Made by a program: the position numbers and the translations under genes. Shown in pieces: positions 9,436 to 20,042 of a stretch of 64,000 nt of DNA; the stretch's first letter is position 1, and each line of letters starts with the position of its first letter. The notes under the pieces are model-generated. The model made no database searches. It was not told where the DNA came from and saw nothing but the letters and a program-made list of their open reading frames with translations. This DNA comes from Bdellovibrionota bacterium (GTDB lineage: Bacteria > Bdellovibrionota_C > UBA2361 > JBIKWN01): NCBI GenBank assembly GCA_044356295.1, contig JBIKWN010000002.1, positions 1 through 64,000 of the forward strand, read 5' to 3'.

Positions 9436-12400
9436 GTGAGGTGGTTTTTTCGACGCACCCGATCTCCCCTGTCACTATTCTTTCTATCTCTTTCTTTAGG
9501 TATCTTCATAGGACTATTTATTAGTTTTGAAGATTGGACTGCAAGAAAGTTGATGGGGCTTCTTGCTGACGAAATCAAAATTGGCACCGACGGATGTACC
9601 CTGCGATATGATTCTGCTCAATTCTCAATCTTGAGAATGCATGCTGTAACAAAGAATGTAGATGTTATATGCGAAGATAAAAAGAAAACTCGAGATAATG
9701 AATCTGTCGCTATGCACTTTGATGAGATCTCATTACAAGCAGGGCTTCGAAAAATATTATCTCTCGTTATTACCTTTGATGATCTGCGGCTCAAGCATGG
9801 TTATACAAATGGCGTCGCTCCTAAAAGTGCCACGTATAAATTTATAGATTATCTGTCTCAACCAGTTTCTCCTGAAAGAGAGAAGCAAACACGACTTCGA
9901 CTGGAGTTAGTAAAGCTCACTGTTGAAGATTCAAAAATCTATGAATCCTTGGGGAAAAATTTGCTTTACGGTGAAGGTTTTACGCTTGGTGTCACCTATA
10001 ACGAGAATCGAGACGTTATTCTAGCTCCTGCGATTGAAAAGCTTTCGTATATTATAAGAGGAAATAATCAAAGTACTATTCCACTCGGATCATCTGTGTC
10101 AGATGTTCAAATTACAGATGATAAAACTATTTTTCATAGTGCAACGTTAGGAGATAAAAAAGAGATCTCCCTCCACGGTGATGAAACAATCCATAAAGAT
10201 AAAAGTCTTCAAGGAGAAGGAACCCTACAATTCGCTCTTACCTATCTAGGACTACCTGACTGGCTTGCCGCTTCTGTTGTTGGAAAATTTGATGTATCTG
10301 GCGAATTAGGAAGTCCTATTCTCAAAGGTGCATTTCAACTCAACCAAGATACTGTTGCAAAAGTACTGCCCGGTGCTGTCGAAGTTATTACATTCGATAA
10401 ACTTTCTTCTGAATTTGTCGTTGATGTTAATGATGGAGATCCTATCGTTACACTCCCAGCGCTTACAGGATCAAGTCAAGGATCTACACTTGAAACAGTT
10501 ATTCCTGTGAAAATTGAACAGGGAAATATCTCTGGGAAGTTAAAACTCTTTGCTGGCAATATTACTGTTGGGCCAGTCTCTTGGAACAACGTTCAATCAA
10601 CTCTCAGTTTATCTGGGCCACTTTCTGAAATCAAAAGTGATTTTGTCGGTACAGTAGAAACAACTGAAACACTTGGCGCAACAATTCGTAATATTAATTT
10701 TTCTGCACATAGTGAAGAGGGTGTATTTGATGTAAAGGCTAACCACAGAGCAGGGCAAAAAGGATTAGTAAATCTTGCTGCAAAAATTCACGTTTCGACA
10801 AACGAGGCTCTTGTTGAATCATCAGATTTTACAATATCAGATTATCCTGTTGCTGCACTCTACAATGAGTCAGTAACGGTCGAGCAAGAAAATGTATTGC
10901 GCTTAACTGGTACAGGCAAAGCGTCAGGACCATTCGATCCTTCACGAATGAGACTTAATGCTGTCTCGAAAGGGACATCAACTGTTATTCCTCTACAAAA
11001 AAATTCACAGATTAAACTCGATATTGCTCTTGGAGATTTGAAGCTCAATGTTAACGATCCAGATAAACTTTTTATCTCCGACCTTGTTCTTGGACTGACG
11101 AATGAAAAAAATACGGGGAAACTAAATATTCAATTTAAAACTCATAATCAATCACCTTTTACGATGTTTGATTGTTCAGATAGTAGTGGTGGAATTAATT
11201 ACACCTATCCACGACAAGATTTTTTTGGAGGCGATGGCACTATCAATCTTGGATCTCTTTCACTCGGCTGTAATCCTGTTGCTCTTTCACTGGCAGCACC
11301 GAGTGCACTTCCGATAAAAAAAGGGGCAATTCAATTAAGTAATTTAAAATTACTTGCACTTTCCAATCCTCTTTCATTTACCGGTTCACTTGAGCCAATG
11401 AAACAGTTGGCTTTTACAATCAAAGGAATGCTGCCACTGCAAACTGTTGAACCCCTGCTCCCATCAATCGATGAGCTATCTGGCACTGCGGTAGTAAACC
11501 TTTCAGTTGGTGGAAGTCTTTTCTCACCTGAATTTTCTGGTAATGCCGATCTGAAAGATGGTTTGTTAGCATTTGAGCGAAGTCAGCTCCTCTTAGAGAA
11601 TATCAAAGGTTCACTCCTCTTTTCTAATACCGGAATTACTTTCCAAAATATAAATGGTGCAATCAATGGTGGAACCCTTGCTCTGAACGGGGCCGTATTT
11701 CCGCTTAATCCTGATTTTTCAACAGTTTCAGCAACTATACGTGGAGCCGCTTTTTCACCGACTTCAGGCTTTTCTTTTTTAAGCGATGCCGATTTATCTC
11801 TTCAAAATCAAAATGAAAAACCAGTTGTTTCTGGTACCGTTGGGATCACAAGCGCAGACTTTGAAAAAAAACTTGATCTCATTACATTTGCACGTGAAGT
11901 CACTAGCCTTCTGTTTACTTCTAAGAATCCTAATGCAACAAGCGGGCTCAGTAATACAACTTCAAGTGCTTCAAAATATGATCTTCCTTTAGATATTAAA
12001 GTAATCGCTAAAAGAAATATATTTGCAGTCACTAATTACTTTGGTGCTGAGTTAAAAGCTAATCTTTCACTAAAAGGAACACTCTTACGCCCAAATATTA
12101 TTGGAAAAGTAGAAAGTCTTTCTGGATGGTTTGGGCTTCGTGATCAACGGTTTGATTTAACGAATGGTTCAGTGCTTTTTAAAGAAAATAATAGTAATCC
12201 AGAAATCAATGTGAACGGTGAGTCTCTCGTTCGTTCTGGTGCAGGAGACATTGTCACTGTGTATCTTGATGCACATGGAACCATTACTGAGCCAAAGTTT
12301 ACCCTATCGAGTGATACTGGGCTTTCTCAAAAAGATATCTTTACCTTGCTCGCATCTTCGGGACAAACAATGCAACCAACGGCGATAAATTCACTCGGAC

Positions 12401-15237
12401 GTGACGTTCGAGTGGGTGGAATTTCACTGTTAGCTGATGTTCCAATTTTAAGTTATAGCAAATTTTTACGATACCTTGGGCAAGTAGACTCAATTTCAAT
12501 TGAACCACAATTTAACATTCAAACAGGATTAATTGAGCCAACTATTTCTGCTACTAAAAATATTACTGATAATTTTTACCTTCTTGGTCAAGGTTATCTC
12601 GGAAGCCAAATAACTGAAACTAGAATTGGGGGCGTCTATAATTTACTCCCTTATCTTAATGTAGCAGGATTCTTTACGAATGCGTCGTATCAACAAAACG
12701 TTGCTGTTGAAGTAAATTCGACAGTAACACTACTCGCCCAACAGAAAAAATTTGTAGATATATCAGTCAACGATAATGCTCTTTTCTCTGAACAAGAAAT
12801 TTTAAAAAGTGCACGGTTAAATCAAGCATCACGTATTCCTCCTGAAGAGATGCAAAATATTCGTCAAGCAATTCGAAGGTTTTATCGTCAACGTGGCTAC
12901 TTTGACACTCGAATCAAAAGTACCTGTCAATCAGATGGTGAATACTGCAGAGAGATTACACTTTCAATTGAAGAAGGTGAAAAAAGTACTATTAGTAGAA
13001 TCACTATTGAAGATCCTGATAATACAGACCCACTGAGCGCTATACCGCAATCGCTTCTTCCGAATTTAAATGTTGGCGATACTGCCTTAACAGAACCACT
13101 GGTTGATGCGCGTGATGAAATACTACTGTGGCTGAGGAAGAAAGGTTTTATTGGTGCCCGCATTGAAGCGCTCTATGCAAAAAGTGAAACTCCTCTTCAA
13201 CGTTCGATGGTATACAAAATAAATCGCGGCAGAAAAATCACATTCCGCTTCGAGGGCAATACTGCATTTTCTAATGATGAATTACTCGATTCTATAGATT
13301 TATTCAATCGTAAGGTCCCTTTTGGTAGTAATACGATAAATATACTTACAGAGAATATCATTCAGAATTACCGTGAACTTCACTACGTTGATGTCGAAGT
13401 ACAATCTCACATTGAAAATCAATCTTTATCACCTGCAGAAGGGGTCGAATATGCTGTGACTATTAATGAAGGTGTTCGGTATAAGGTGACCCGTTCAGCA
13501 TTACATGGATTAACAACGCTTCAAGAAGAACAATTTGAAAAATTGATAAACAAACAAAGCAGAACTTTTAGCCAATCAATTTTTTATCCTTCATCAATTC
13601 TGGAAGATGCACTATCTCTACTAGCTCGAGACCTCATGAATATTGCTCGAAATGAAGGATATGACCTCGCAACTGTTACAATTGATTATGATAGAAATAG
13701 AGAGCAAAAAACGATTACTCCGATATTTAATTTTGAACTTGGTGAACAGTCACCTGGACTCGAGGTCTCTATAAAGAACACTAACTCTCAAATTGTTTTG
13801 CCAAATCCTCCAAAATCCCCTGTGTATCCACAGGAACTGAGAGAATATAGGCAAGAGATTGAAAAATCTTTACTCGAACAAGGATATCGTTCTCCATCAT
13901 TTATCCAAGAACACCCCTCACCTCATAATTTAGTCATTATCCTTGATGAAGGTCCTGTGACAGAGGCAGGAAGTCTTACCATTATAGGAAATCAAGATAT
14001 TTCTGGTGAAACAATAAAAGAGCTGCTGAACATTACCCCTGGTGAACCACTACACCTTCAAAATATTCGATCAATGAAACAGAAACTTTTAAATCGAGGA
14101 CTGTTCTCGCGTGTTGATATCGAAGAGGTCGATTCAGGTGATCCTACAATTAAAAATCTTCAGATTCGAATCGTTGAAAAACCACTCCATACCCTTGATG
14201 TCGGTGGAGGTTATAACTCTGAGTTTGGAGCTCATATATTTGCGGAAGGCAGCGATCGATCCTTATTTAAAGATGGTCGGTCTTTAACATTACGTTTAGA
14301 TGCTTATGTAAATTCACCAAATGGTGATCCAATCAGTCGTGGGATTGCAGCTTTAAAATTTACGGATCCTAGTTTATTAGGTTCAAAATATGTACTCACT
14401 GAAGATTTACGTTTTCAAAAACTCAATGCTCCTATTCAAGAATTTAACCTCGACAGAGCTTCTTTGACTTCAGGCTTATATCGTAATTGGGATTCAGGGC
14501 TCAGTGTGTCACTCGGTCATACGATTCTCGATGAAAATATTACCGATGTTTCACCTGATGTGGTATTGAGTTCATTAGATTCAGGTGACGTAAAACTCAG
14601 TTACCTCTCTTCTACAATCACTCTTGATAAAAGAGACAATCCATTAAATCCATTCTCTGGATATAGTATTATTTTTGATACCCGATTATCTGATAATAGT
14701 ATTCTTTCAGATGCACAATATTTTGGTACCGGTCTTCGTGTTACAAATACAATTCCTATCACTGTAGGTGAAAATACTTTTGCAATTGCTCAAAGTCTTC
14801 GCGGTGCAATTACGAAACCATTTGGTGGCGATGAATACGTTCCAATCAGTCAACGTTATTATCTGGGTGGAAGAAATTCAGTTCGTGGTTATCAAGAAAA
14901 CTCATTAGGTCCTCGCGGTAAAGATAGTGGTGTATTAGGCGGCGAATCACTTTTATCGGGATCAGTTGAATTTCAATATCGCCCCTTCGAATCACTTTCA
15001 CTGAATATATTTATGGATGCAGGAAATGTTTTCCTCAATTCATTTGATCCGAAATCCAATGCCGTTCCGGATCTTATTCTAAGAGAAGACGACACTTTTT
15101 TAAGATACTCTACTGGTGTAGGACTTCGCTTTCTATCTCCTATTGGTCCAATTGGTCTTGATTTGGGGATTCCTATCAACGGTCGCGAAGAAGATGCTCC
15201 TTGGAGACTTCATTTTAATATTGGGTCAAATTTTTAG
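9436..15237 (+). CDS. TamB/AsmA-like - POTRA - Omp85 (TamA/BamA-like) fusion protein
   Basis: N-terminal TM anchor, long Gly-rich beta-taco region with DUF490-like end, POTRA repeats (FYRQRGYF, FEGNTAFS, IIGNQ...GLFSRV), barrel with YYLGGRNSVRGY and C-terminal GPIGLDLG...FNIGSNF; continuous 1933-aa ORF. Confidence 0.85.
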   Translation: MRWFFRRTRSPLSLFFLSLSLGIFIGLFISFEDWTARKLMGLLADEIKIGTDGCTLRYDSAQFSILRMHAVTKNVDVICEDKKKTRDNESVAMHFDEISLQAGLRKILSLVITFDDLRLKHGYTNGVAPKSATYKFIDYLSQPVSPEREKQTRLRLELVKLTVEDSKIYESLGKNLLYGEGFTLGVTYNENRDVILAPAIEKLSYIIRGNNQSTIPLGSSVSDVQITDDKTIFHSATLGDKKEISLHGDETIHKDKSLQGEGTLQFALTYLGLPDWLAASVVGKFDVSGELGSPILKGAFQLNQDTVAKVLPGAVEVITFDKLSSEFVVDVNDGDPIVTLPALTGSSQGSTLETVIPVKIEQGNISGKLKLFAGNITVGPVSWNNVQSTLSLSGPLSEIKSDFVGTVETTETLGATIRNINFSAHSEEGVFDVKANHRAGQKGLVNLAAKIHVSTNEALVESSDFTISDYPVAALYNESVTVEQENVLRLTGTGKASGPFDPSRMRLNAVSKGTSTVIPLQKNSQIKLDIALGDLKLNVNDPDKLFISDLVLGLTNEKNTGKLNIQFKTHNQSPFTMFDCSDSSGGINYTYPRQDFFGGDGTINLGSLSLGCNPVALSLAAPSALPIKKGAIQLSNLKLLALSNPLSFTGSLEPMKQLAFTIKGMLPLQTVEPLLPSIDELSGTAVVNLSVGGSLFSPEFSGNADLKDGLLAFERSQLLLENIKGSLLFSNTGITFQNINGAINGGTLALNGAVFPLNPDFSTVSATIRGAAFSPTSGFSFLSDADLSLQNQNEKPVVSGTVGITSADFEKKLDLITFAREVTSLLFTSKNPNATSGLSNTTSSASKYDLPLDIKVIAKRNIFAVTNYFGAELKANLSLKGTLLRPNIIGKVESLSGWFGLRDQRFDLTNGSVLFKENNSNPEINVNGESLVRSGAGDIVTVYLDAHGTITEPKFTLSSDTGLSQKDIFTLLASSGQTMQPTAINSLGRDVRVGGISLLADVPILSYSKFLRYLGQVDSISIEPQFNIQTGLIEPTISATKNITDNFYLLGQGYLGSQITETRIGGVYNLLPYLNVAGFFTNASYQQNVAVEVNSTVTLLAQQKKFVDISVNDNALFSEQEILKSARLNQASRIPPEEMQNIRQAIRRFYRQRGYFDTRIKSTCQSDGEYCREITLSIEEGEKSTISRITIEDPDNTDPLSAIPQSLLPNLNVGDTALTEPLVDARDEILLWLRKKGFIGARIEALYAKSETPLQRSMVYKINRGRKITFRFEGNTAFSNDELLDSIDLFNRKVPFGSNTINILTENIIQNYRELHYVDVEVQSHIENQSLSPAEGVEYAVTINEGVRYKVTRSALHGLTTLQEEQFEKLINKQSRTFSQSIFYPSSILEDALSLLARDLMNIARNEGYDLATVTIDYDRNREQKTITPIFNFELGEQSPGLEVSIKNTNSQIVLPNPPKSPVYPQELREYRQEIEKSLLEQGYRSPSFIQEHPSPHNLVIILDEGPVTEAGSLTIIGNQDISGETIKELLNITPGEPLHLQNIRSMKQKLLNRGLFSRVDIEEVDSGDPTIKNLQIRIVEKPLHTLDVGGGYNSEFGAHIFAEGSDRSLFKDGRSLTLRLDAYVNSPNGDPISRGIAALKFTDPSLLGSKYVLTEDLRFQKLNAPIQEFNLDRASLTSGLYRNWDSGLSVSLGHTILDENITDVSPDVVLSSLDSGDVKLSYLSSTITLDKRDNPLNPFSGYSIIFDTRLSDNSILSDAQYFGTGLRVTNTIPITVGENTFAIAQSLRGAITKPFGGDEYVPISQRYYLGGRNSVRGYQENSLGPRGKDSGVLGGESLLSGSVEFQYRPFESLSLNIFMDAGNVFLNSFDPKSNAVPDLILREDDTFLRYSTGVGLRFLSPIGPIGLDLGIPINGREEDAPWRLHFNIGSNF

Positions 15238-15239
15238 TG

Positions 15240-15878
15240 TTAAGAACGATCGAATCGAGAAGAACCAAATAACTCTTCAAGTCTTGCATATCGTGATCGG
15301 AAACTATCAATGTATTCAGATCTTACCATACCTGCCCATCCATCATCGTTAATCATACGTGCTACAAGAGGGATAGAATCACGAACAGCGTGTCGTGCTT
15401 TAAAATAACTCGCATTATTAGCAGCCTCATCTACAAATTTGCTTGCTGCAAAAATAAAATCTGAAGGAAACAGTGGGCTATCGGGAGCTCTTTCTGAAAG
15501 CGCAGTTAAATACTCTAGCGAGTATTGTGCAAGCGATGCAGTAAGTCGATGTTGCCGAATAGCGTACATCTCATTAAACCATTGGCTCTTAAAAGCATCA
15601 GTTAACACCATCGGTCCAAATTTTGCGTACATAAAGTCTTCGACAATATTTTCTATATACGGTGAACCTTTTTCTAGGGATGAGGAAAGACCTTTAAGTG
15701 CACTTGTTGGAGTGATAGCCCAAGATAGGTCTCGACCTTTTCGGTCGACATTAGAATTGTGCGTTGCAAAAACTACGGATACAGCCACGGCTGAGATTAT
15801 ATTTAAAAAAAAGGGAATTTCAAGAGAAAAGAGTCTCTGAAAAAAACTAAGCCCCGCTCGCTTCTTTGCGAACTTCAA
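15240..15878 (-). CDS. Hypothetical protein with N-terminal TM segment
   Basis: 212-aa ORF overlapping the bactofilin stop, likely co-transcribed. Confidence 0.55.
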   Translation of the reverse strand: MKFAKKRAGLSFFQRLFSLEIPFFLNIISAVAVSVVFATHNSNVDRKGRDLSWAITPTSALKGLSSSLEKGSPYIENIVEDFMYAKFGPMVLTDAFKSQWFNEMYAIRQHRLTASLAQYSLEYLTALSERAPDSPLFPSDFIFAASKFVDEAANNASYFKARHAVRDSIPLVARMINDDGWAGMVRSEYIDSFRSRYARLEELFGSSRFDRS

Positions 15879-16431
15879 CTATTTTTTTCTGAGCGCCTTG
15901 AGGCATTGTACACGAACCATTGAAGGTACATCCCTCGTCCATCACAAGAACTGGGGTGACTACTTCACCGATCAGTTGTCCACCATCTTTGATTTCGACA
16001 CGTTCAGAGGCCTTGATGACACCCTTTACCGTTCCTCGAATAACAAGTGAAGCAACTTCAACTGCAGCATCAATAGATCCAGATTTCCCAACGTGAAGAG
16101 CTTTGGAAGAGAAGATTTCCCCACTCAATTTACCGTCTATACTCACAGGAGCATCAAAACTTAATTTACCATGGATTACGGTTCCAGGACCTAAAGCAGA
16201 CCTGATCTTTGTGTCTTCATGATTAACAATAGGTGTAGCTAATGGAGCGGATGATGTGCTTGAAAAGCCAGTGCTGGGTCGGTTGAGAGCTGTACCTATG
16301 GGCTGAGGAGCTTCTTTTCCAATATTTGGTACTGGAGAAGGACTCGTAACTCCAGAATTACCCCCAGTTGAAAAACTGAAAGCAGCCTGATTTTTCTTAT
16401 TTTCTTCGTCTTTTTTACCCCAAAATGCCAT
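15847..16431 (-). CDS. Bactofilin (polymer-forming cytoskeletal protein)
   Basis: SALGPGTVIHGKLSF...IDGKLSGEI...VIRGTVKG.I.A..RVEI...G.V.T..L.MDEGC.FNG.C.M beta-helix; disordered N-terminal tail. Confidence 0.92.
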   Translation of the reverse strand: MAFWGKKDEENKKNQAAFSFSTGGNSGVTSPSPVPNIGKEAPQPIGTALNRPSTGFSSTSSAPLATPIVNHEDTKIRSALGPGTVIHGKLSFDAPVSIDGKLSGEIFSSKALHVGKSGSIDAAVEVASLVIRGTVKGVIKASERVEIKDGGQLIGEVVTPVLVMDEGCTFNGSCTMPQGAQKKIVEVRKEASGA

Positions 16432-16576
16432 TAGGCAAGTATATGCCTATGAAAAAAAAATTTCCACCATTATTAAAGGACAGGCTGCATCTAAAAGGAA
16501 TATTGGATAAAAATTTAACTAATTTAAAGTTTGAGAATTGTTGAGTCTCTATCTGGTTGATACCATAAGATATTTT

Positions 16577-17959
16577 ATGCTCATCTTGCGACGTCCCAGC
16601 CTACTCCTTAGCTCATTGTTGCTTCTCCTTATAGCGACATTACCAACCCATGCTGCGCAACCTGAAACAATTCGTAAAAAAAACAGTACGTCAAAAGTAT
16701 ATAAAGTAGTTGGAAAGAAAAAACCTACTAATAAAAAAGTCTCTAAAAAGGCTCCCTCATACTCTAAAGTAAGTTGGAAAAAACAACGTGGTAAAAAATA
16801 TCAACCATCTGTTACTCTTCCTAACCCTCGAATAAAATTAGATCCACAATTTATTAAATCGGTTACTTCCCCAACAGATCATAATATTGAAAAAATTGAG
16901 CTATCAAAAATCAACTCCGACCTAGCCATGCTTGCGAAAGCACCAGAGTTCTCCTCCTCGTACAGAGGTAAAGTCGCTGCGATTACGAAGAGCCATGATT
17001 TTATACAGTTCTCTGTAGACATTGATCTTCAAGAATACGCCAAACAAGTTCTTGAAAAAGTTCCAGCTCCTCATGTTGCTTTAGTTGCGATGGAACCAAA
17101 GTCCGGTCGTATCCTTGCTATCGCAGGTAAATCACTCACTTTAAAAGATGCAACTACTCATGCAGGATTTCCCGCAGCTTCTCTTATTAAAGTTATCACA
17201 TCAACTGCTGCAATTGAGCACGGCGGAGCACAACCAAACGCTGAAATATTTTTCAGAGGTGGTACTTATGAGCTCAGTCCAAATAATTACAATTCTAATC
17301 CCCGTGCTGATAGAAAAAGTATGACAATGACTGAAGCCCTCGGTCGTTCATGTAATCCAGTTTTCTCGAGAGTTGGATTGAAGTATCTAAACCCAGCTCT
17401 TCTGCGTGCTGAAACTGCTCAATTTGGATTCAATAGCGATCTAGGCTTACAGATGCCTCTTCAAATATCTACTGCAACAATTCCAAACGATGACTTTGAA
17501 TTTGGGAGAACTTCTGCAGGATTTGGTGATATTTATCTGAGCCCAGTCCATGCCGCAGTAATTGCATCAGCGATTGCAAATCAAGGAAGACTACCGCAAC
17601 CATCAATTATTGACCAAGTAATCTCTGAAGATGGAGACATACGGTATCAATTCGAACCACAACTATTAAAACAAGCGACTCCTCCATCCGTTGCAAACCA
17701 AGTGCTTCATATGATGACTGCTACCACAACCATTGGCACATCGCGTAAAGAGTTCCTTGGCAAAGTGCCATGGGAAGTCGCAGGGAAAACTGGCACGTTA
17801 AAAGGAGATAATCCAAAGGGACTTAACAATTGGTTTATAGGAGCAGCCCCTTTAGAAAATCCAAGGATTGCTGTTGCAGTAATCGTTATTAATCCTTCAC
17901 AGGTATCATCTAAAGCGTCTCACATAGGAAGGCTTATATTAGAGCGCTACTTGGGTTAA
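16577..17959 (+). CDS. Penicillin-binding protein, transpeptidase domain only, with Lys-rich N-terminal region
   Basis: SxxK (ASLIK), SxN (SCN), KTG motifs; signal peptide; promoter TTGTTG-N17-TACCAT at 16538-16566 favours ATG 16577. Confidence 0.88.
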   Translation: MLILRRPSLLLSSLLLLLIATLPTHAAQPETIRKKNSTSKVYKVVGKKKPTNKKVSKKAPSYSKVSWKKQRGKKYQPSVTLPNPRIKLDPQFIKSVTSPTDHNIEKIELSKINSDLAMLAKAPEFSSSYRGKVAAITKSHDFIQFSVDIDLQEYAKQVLEKVPAPHVALVAMEPKSGRILAIAGKSLTLKDATTHAGFPAASLIKVITSTAAIEHGGAQPNAEIFFRGGTYELSPNNYNSNPRADRKSMTMTEALGRSCNPVFSRVGLKYLNPALLRAETAQFGFNSDLGLQMPLQISTATIPNDDFEFGRTSAGFGDIYLSPVHAAVIASAIANQGRLPQPSIIDQVISEDGDIRYQFEPQLLKQATPPSVANQVLHMMTATTTIGTSRKEFLGKVPWEVAGKTGTLKGDNPKGLNNWFIGAAPLENPRIAVAVIVINPSQVSSKASHIGRLILERYLG

Positions 17960-17971
17960 ACTACCCAAGAT

Positions 17972-19372
17972 ATGATCGCTAACGTAGCACTCTACAACAC
18001 CCTATCTCGAAAACTAGAGCCTCTTAAAACTGTTAAATCCGGTGAAGTTTCGCTCTATTGTTGCGGACCAACTGTTTATAACTTCCAACATATCGGGAAT
18101 TTAAAAACGTATATATTTGAAGATATTCTTGCACGTGTTTTGAAGCGTGCTGGATATAAACTAACTCATGTAATGAATATTACCGATGTTGGTCACCTCG
18201 TTTCTGACGGTGACGAAGGTGAAGATAAAATGCTCGTCGCTATGAAGCGAGAAGGAAAATCATCTCATGAGATCGCTTCATATTATACCGACATTTTTTT
18301 TGATGATTGTAAAAAACTCAATATCATTCGCCCAGATATCGTTTGTAAGGCAACAGATCACATTCAAGAGATGATTGAACTTAATCAAATGATTGAAAAA
18401 AATGGGTACGCATACTTTGCAAATGGAAATTTATATTTTGATGTTGAGAAGTTTAAAGAATACGGAAAACTTGCATTACTTGATCTCGAAAAATTAAAAG
18501 CAGGAGCCCGTATTGAAGTTGATCCATACAAAAAATCTCCATTTGATTTTGTCCTTTGGTTTACTAACTCAAAATTTGATAATCAAGAACTGCAATGGGA
18601 TTCTCCGTGGGGGCGAGGTTACCCTGGATGGCATATCGAGTGCTCCGCCATGGCTCGGAAATATTTAGGTGATGCAATTGATATTCACTGTGGGGGGATA
18701 GATCATATTCCTGTTCATCATACGAATGAAATTGCTCAAACTGAAGCTGCTACTGGAAAAACCCCCTGGGTATCAGTATGGATGCATTCTGATTTCATGG
18801 TAATCAATAAGCAGAAGATGTCTAAATCAACTGGTGGATTTATAACCTTATCTGACCTTATTAAAGATGGGATCAGTCCCGAGAGTTATCGATACTTTTG
18901 CTTGACCGCTTCTTATCGATCACAGTTAAACTTTAGTACCGATGCTCTGAAATCTGCAGGCGATTCCGTTCGAAAATTAAAAGGGACAATCGAAAGACTT
19001 TTTGAAGAAGAGGTTACTGCTGTAGACACTGATTCAAGAGGTTATATTAATAAATTTAATGAAGCATTATGTAATGACCTTAATACTCCGCAAGCCCTCG
19101 CAGTACTTTGGGCAGTGATTGGGGATAAAGATTTATCATCAGCTGAAAAGCTCGGTACACTTTTAAATTTTGACCAAGTGCTTGGACTTGGCATGTCTTC
19201 TTGGAAAACAGATTCAGATAATGTTCCCGAAGAAATACAAAAGCTTTTACAAGAGAGAATTAATGCGAAAGCAAATAAGAATTTTAGTGAAAGCGATAGA
19301 TTACGAGACGAAATTCAAGCGAAAGGTTTTAAAGTGATCGATGACAAGGATGGGATGCGGGTAAAACGCTAG
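17972..19372 (+). CDS. cysS: Cysteine--tRNA ligase
   Basis: CGPTVY, HIGN, PGWHIECSAM, DIHCGG, HHTNE, KMSKS. Confidence 0.97.
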   Translation: MIANVALYNTLSRKLEPLKTVKSGEVSLYCCGPTVYNFQHIGNLKTYIFEDILARVLKRAGYKLTHVMNITDVGHLVSDGDEGEDKMLVAMKREGKSSHEIASYYTDIFFDDCKKLNIIRPDIVCKATDHIQEMIELNQMIEKNGYAYFANGNLYFDVEKFKEYGKLALLDLEKLKAGARIEVDPYKKSPFDFVLWFTNSKFDNQELQWDSPWGRGYPGWHIECSAMARKYLGDAIDIHCGGIDHIPVHHTNEIAQTEAATGKTPWVSVWMHSDFMVINKQKMSKSTGGFITLSDLIKDGISPESYRYFCLTASYRSQLNFSTDALKSAGDSVRKLKGTIERLFEEEVTAVDTDSRGYINKFNEALCNDLNTPQALAVLWAVIGDKDLSSAEKLGTLLNFDQVLGLGMSSWKTDSDNVPEEIQKLLQERINAKANKNFSESDRLRDEIQAKGFKVIDDKDGMRVKR

Positions 19373-19890
19373 AATTTTTTTGAACAAGAAAGTATAACAA
19401 CTATCGGCAGTGTCAGCCCCCAAACAAATCCGATACACAGAAGAGCAAAAAAATAACCATGTACTTCAGAAATGTGCACCGCACCTAACTTCTCTGCTGC
19501 AATAAAAGTAATGGGCCCCCCAAGCAATCCAAAGAGTGCAGCGATTGGTAATTTCTGTTGCAACCATTTTAAAGAAACAGTCAATGTTGAGGCAAAACCA
19601 AGCCATAACATACTCATCCATGCAGGATAAAAAGGTAATAATGTTGGTTCTGGGGTGGAAAACGTGATCAGTGAAAATCGAGGAAGTAGTGAATCAAACA
19701 AAGAACCTACAAGCATAACAAGGATTCCAAGTTTTAGTTCACGCGTCCAATGATTACGGTGCAATATAAGATGAATAAAGAAGCAGCATAGGGTCACTAT
19801 TGGACCAGAGACGTAATCTTGTTTAGCTGCTCCAAGAATACAGGAAAACCAACACACGTAAAAAAGAGTGATATTTATAAATATTTTCAT
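19369..19890 (-). CDS. DUF2878 family membrane protein
   Basis: N..LF...WF.C.LGA, P.WM..LW.GFA.TL..SL.WL, GGP..F.A..KLGA. Confidence 0.8.
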   Translation of the reverse strand: MKIFINITLFYVCWFSCILGAAKQDYVSGPIVTLCCFFIHLILHRNHWTRELKLGILVMLVGSLFDSLLPRFSLITFSTPEPTLLPFYPAWMSMLWLGFASTLTVSLKWLQQKLPIAALFGLLGGPITFIAAEKLGAVHISEVHGYFFALLCIGFVWGLTLPIVVILSCSKKF

Positions 19891-20042
19891 TTCAGTAAGA
19901 GTACCGAAAGAAACCAATTCATAACAGGGACAAGGTTTAATTATTCTGCTCTATAACTGAGTCATGCTCCATTTTATACTTGTCTTTTCCCCTCCTCTTG
20001 TTGAGACTCCCTCTACATATATTGCTATCTTGGAGCAAAAAA

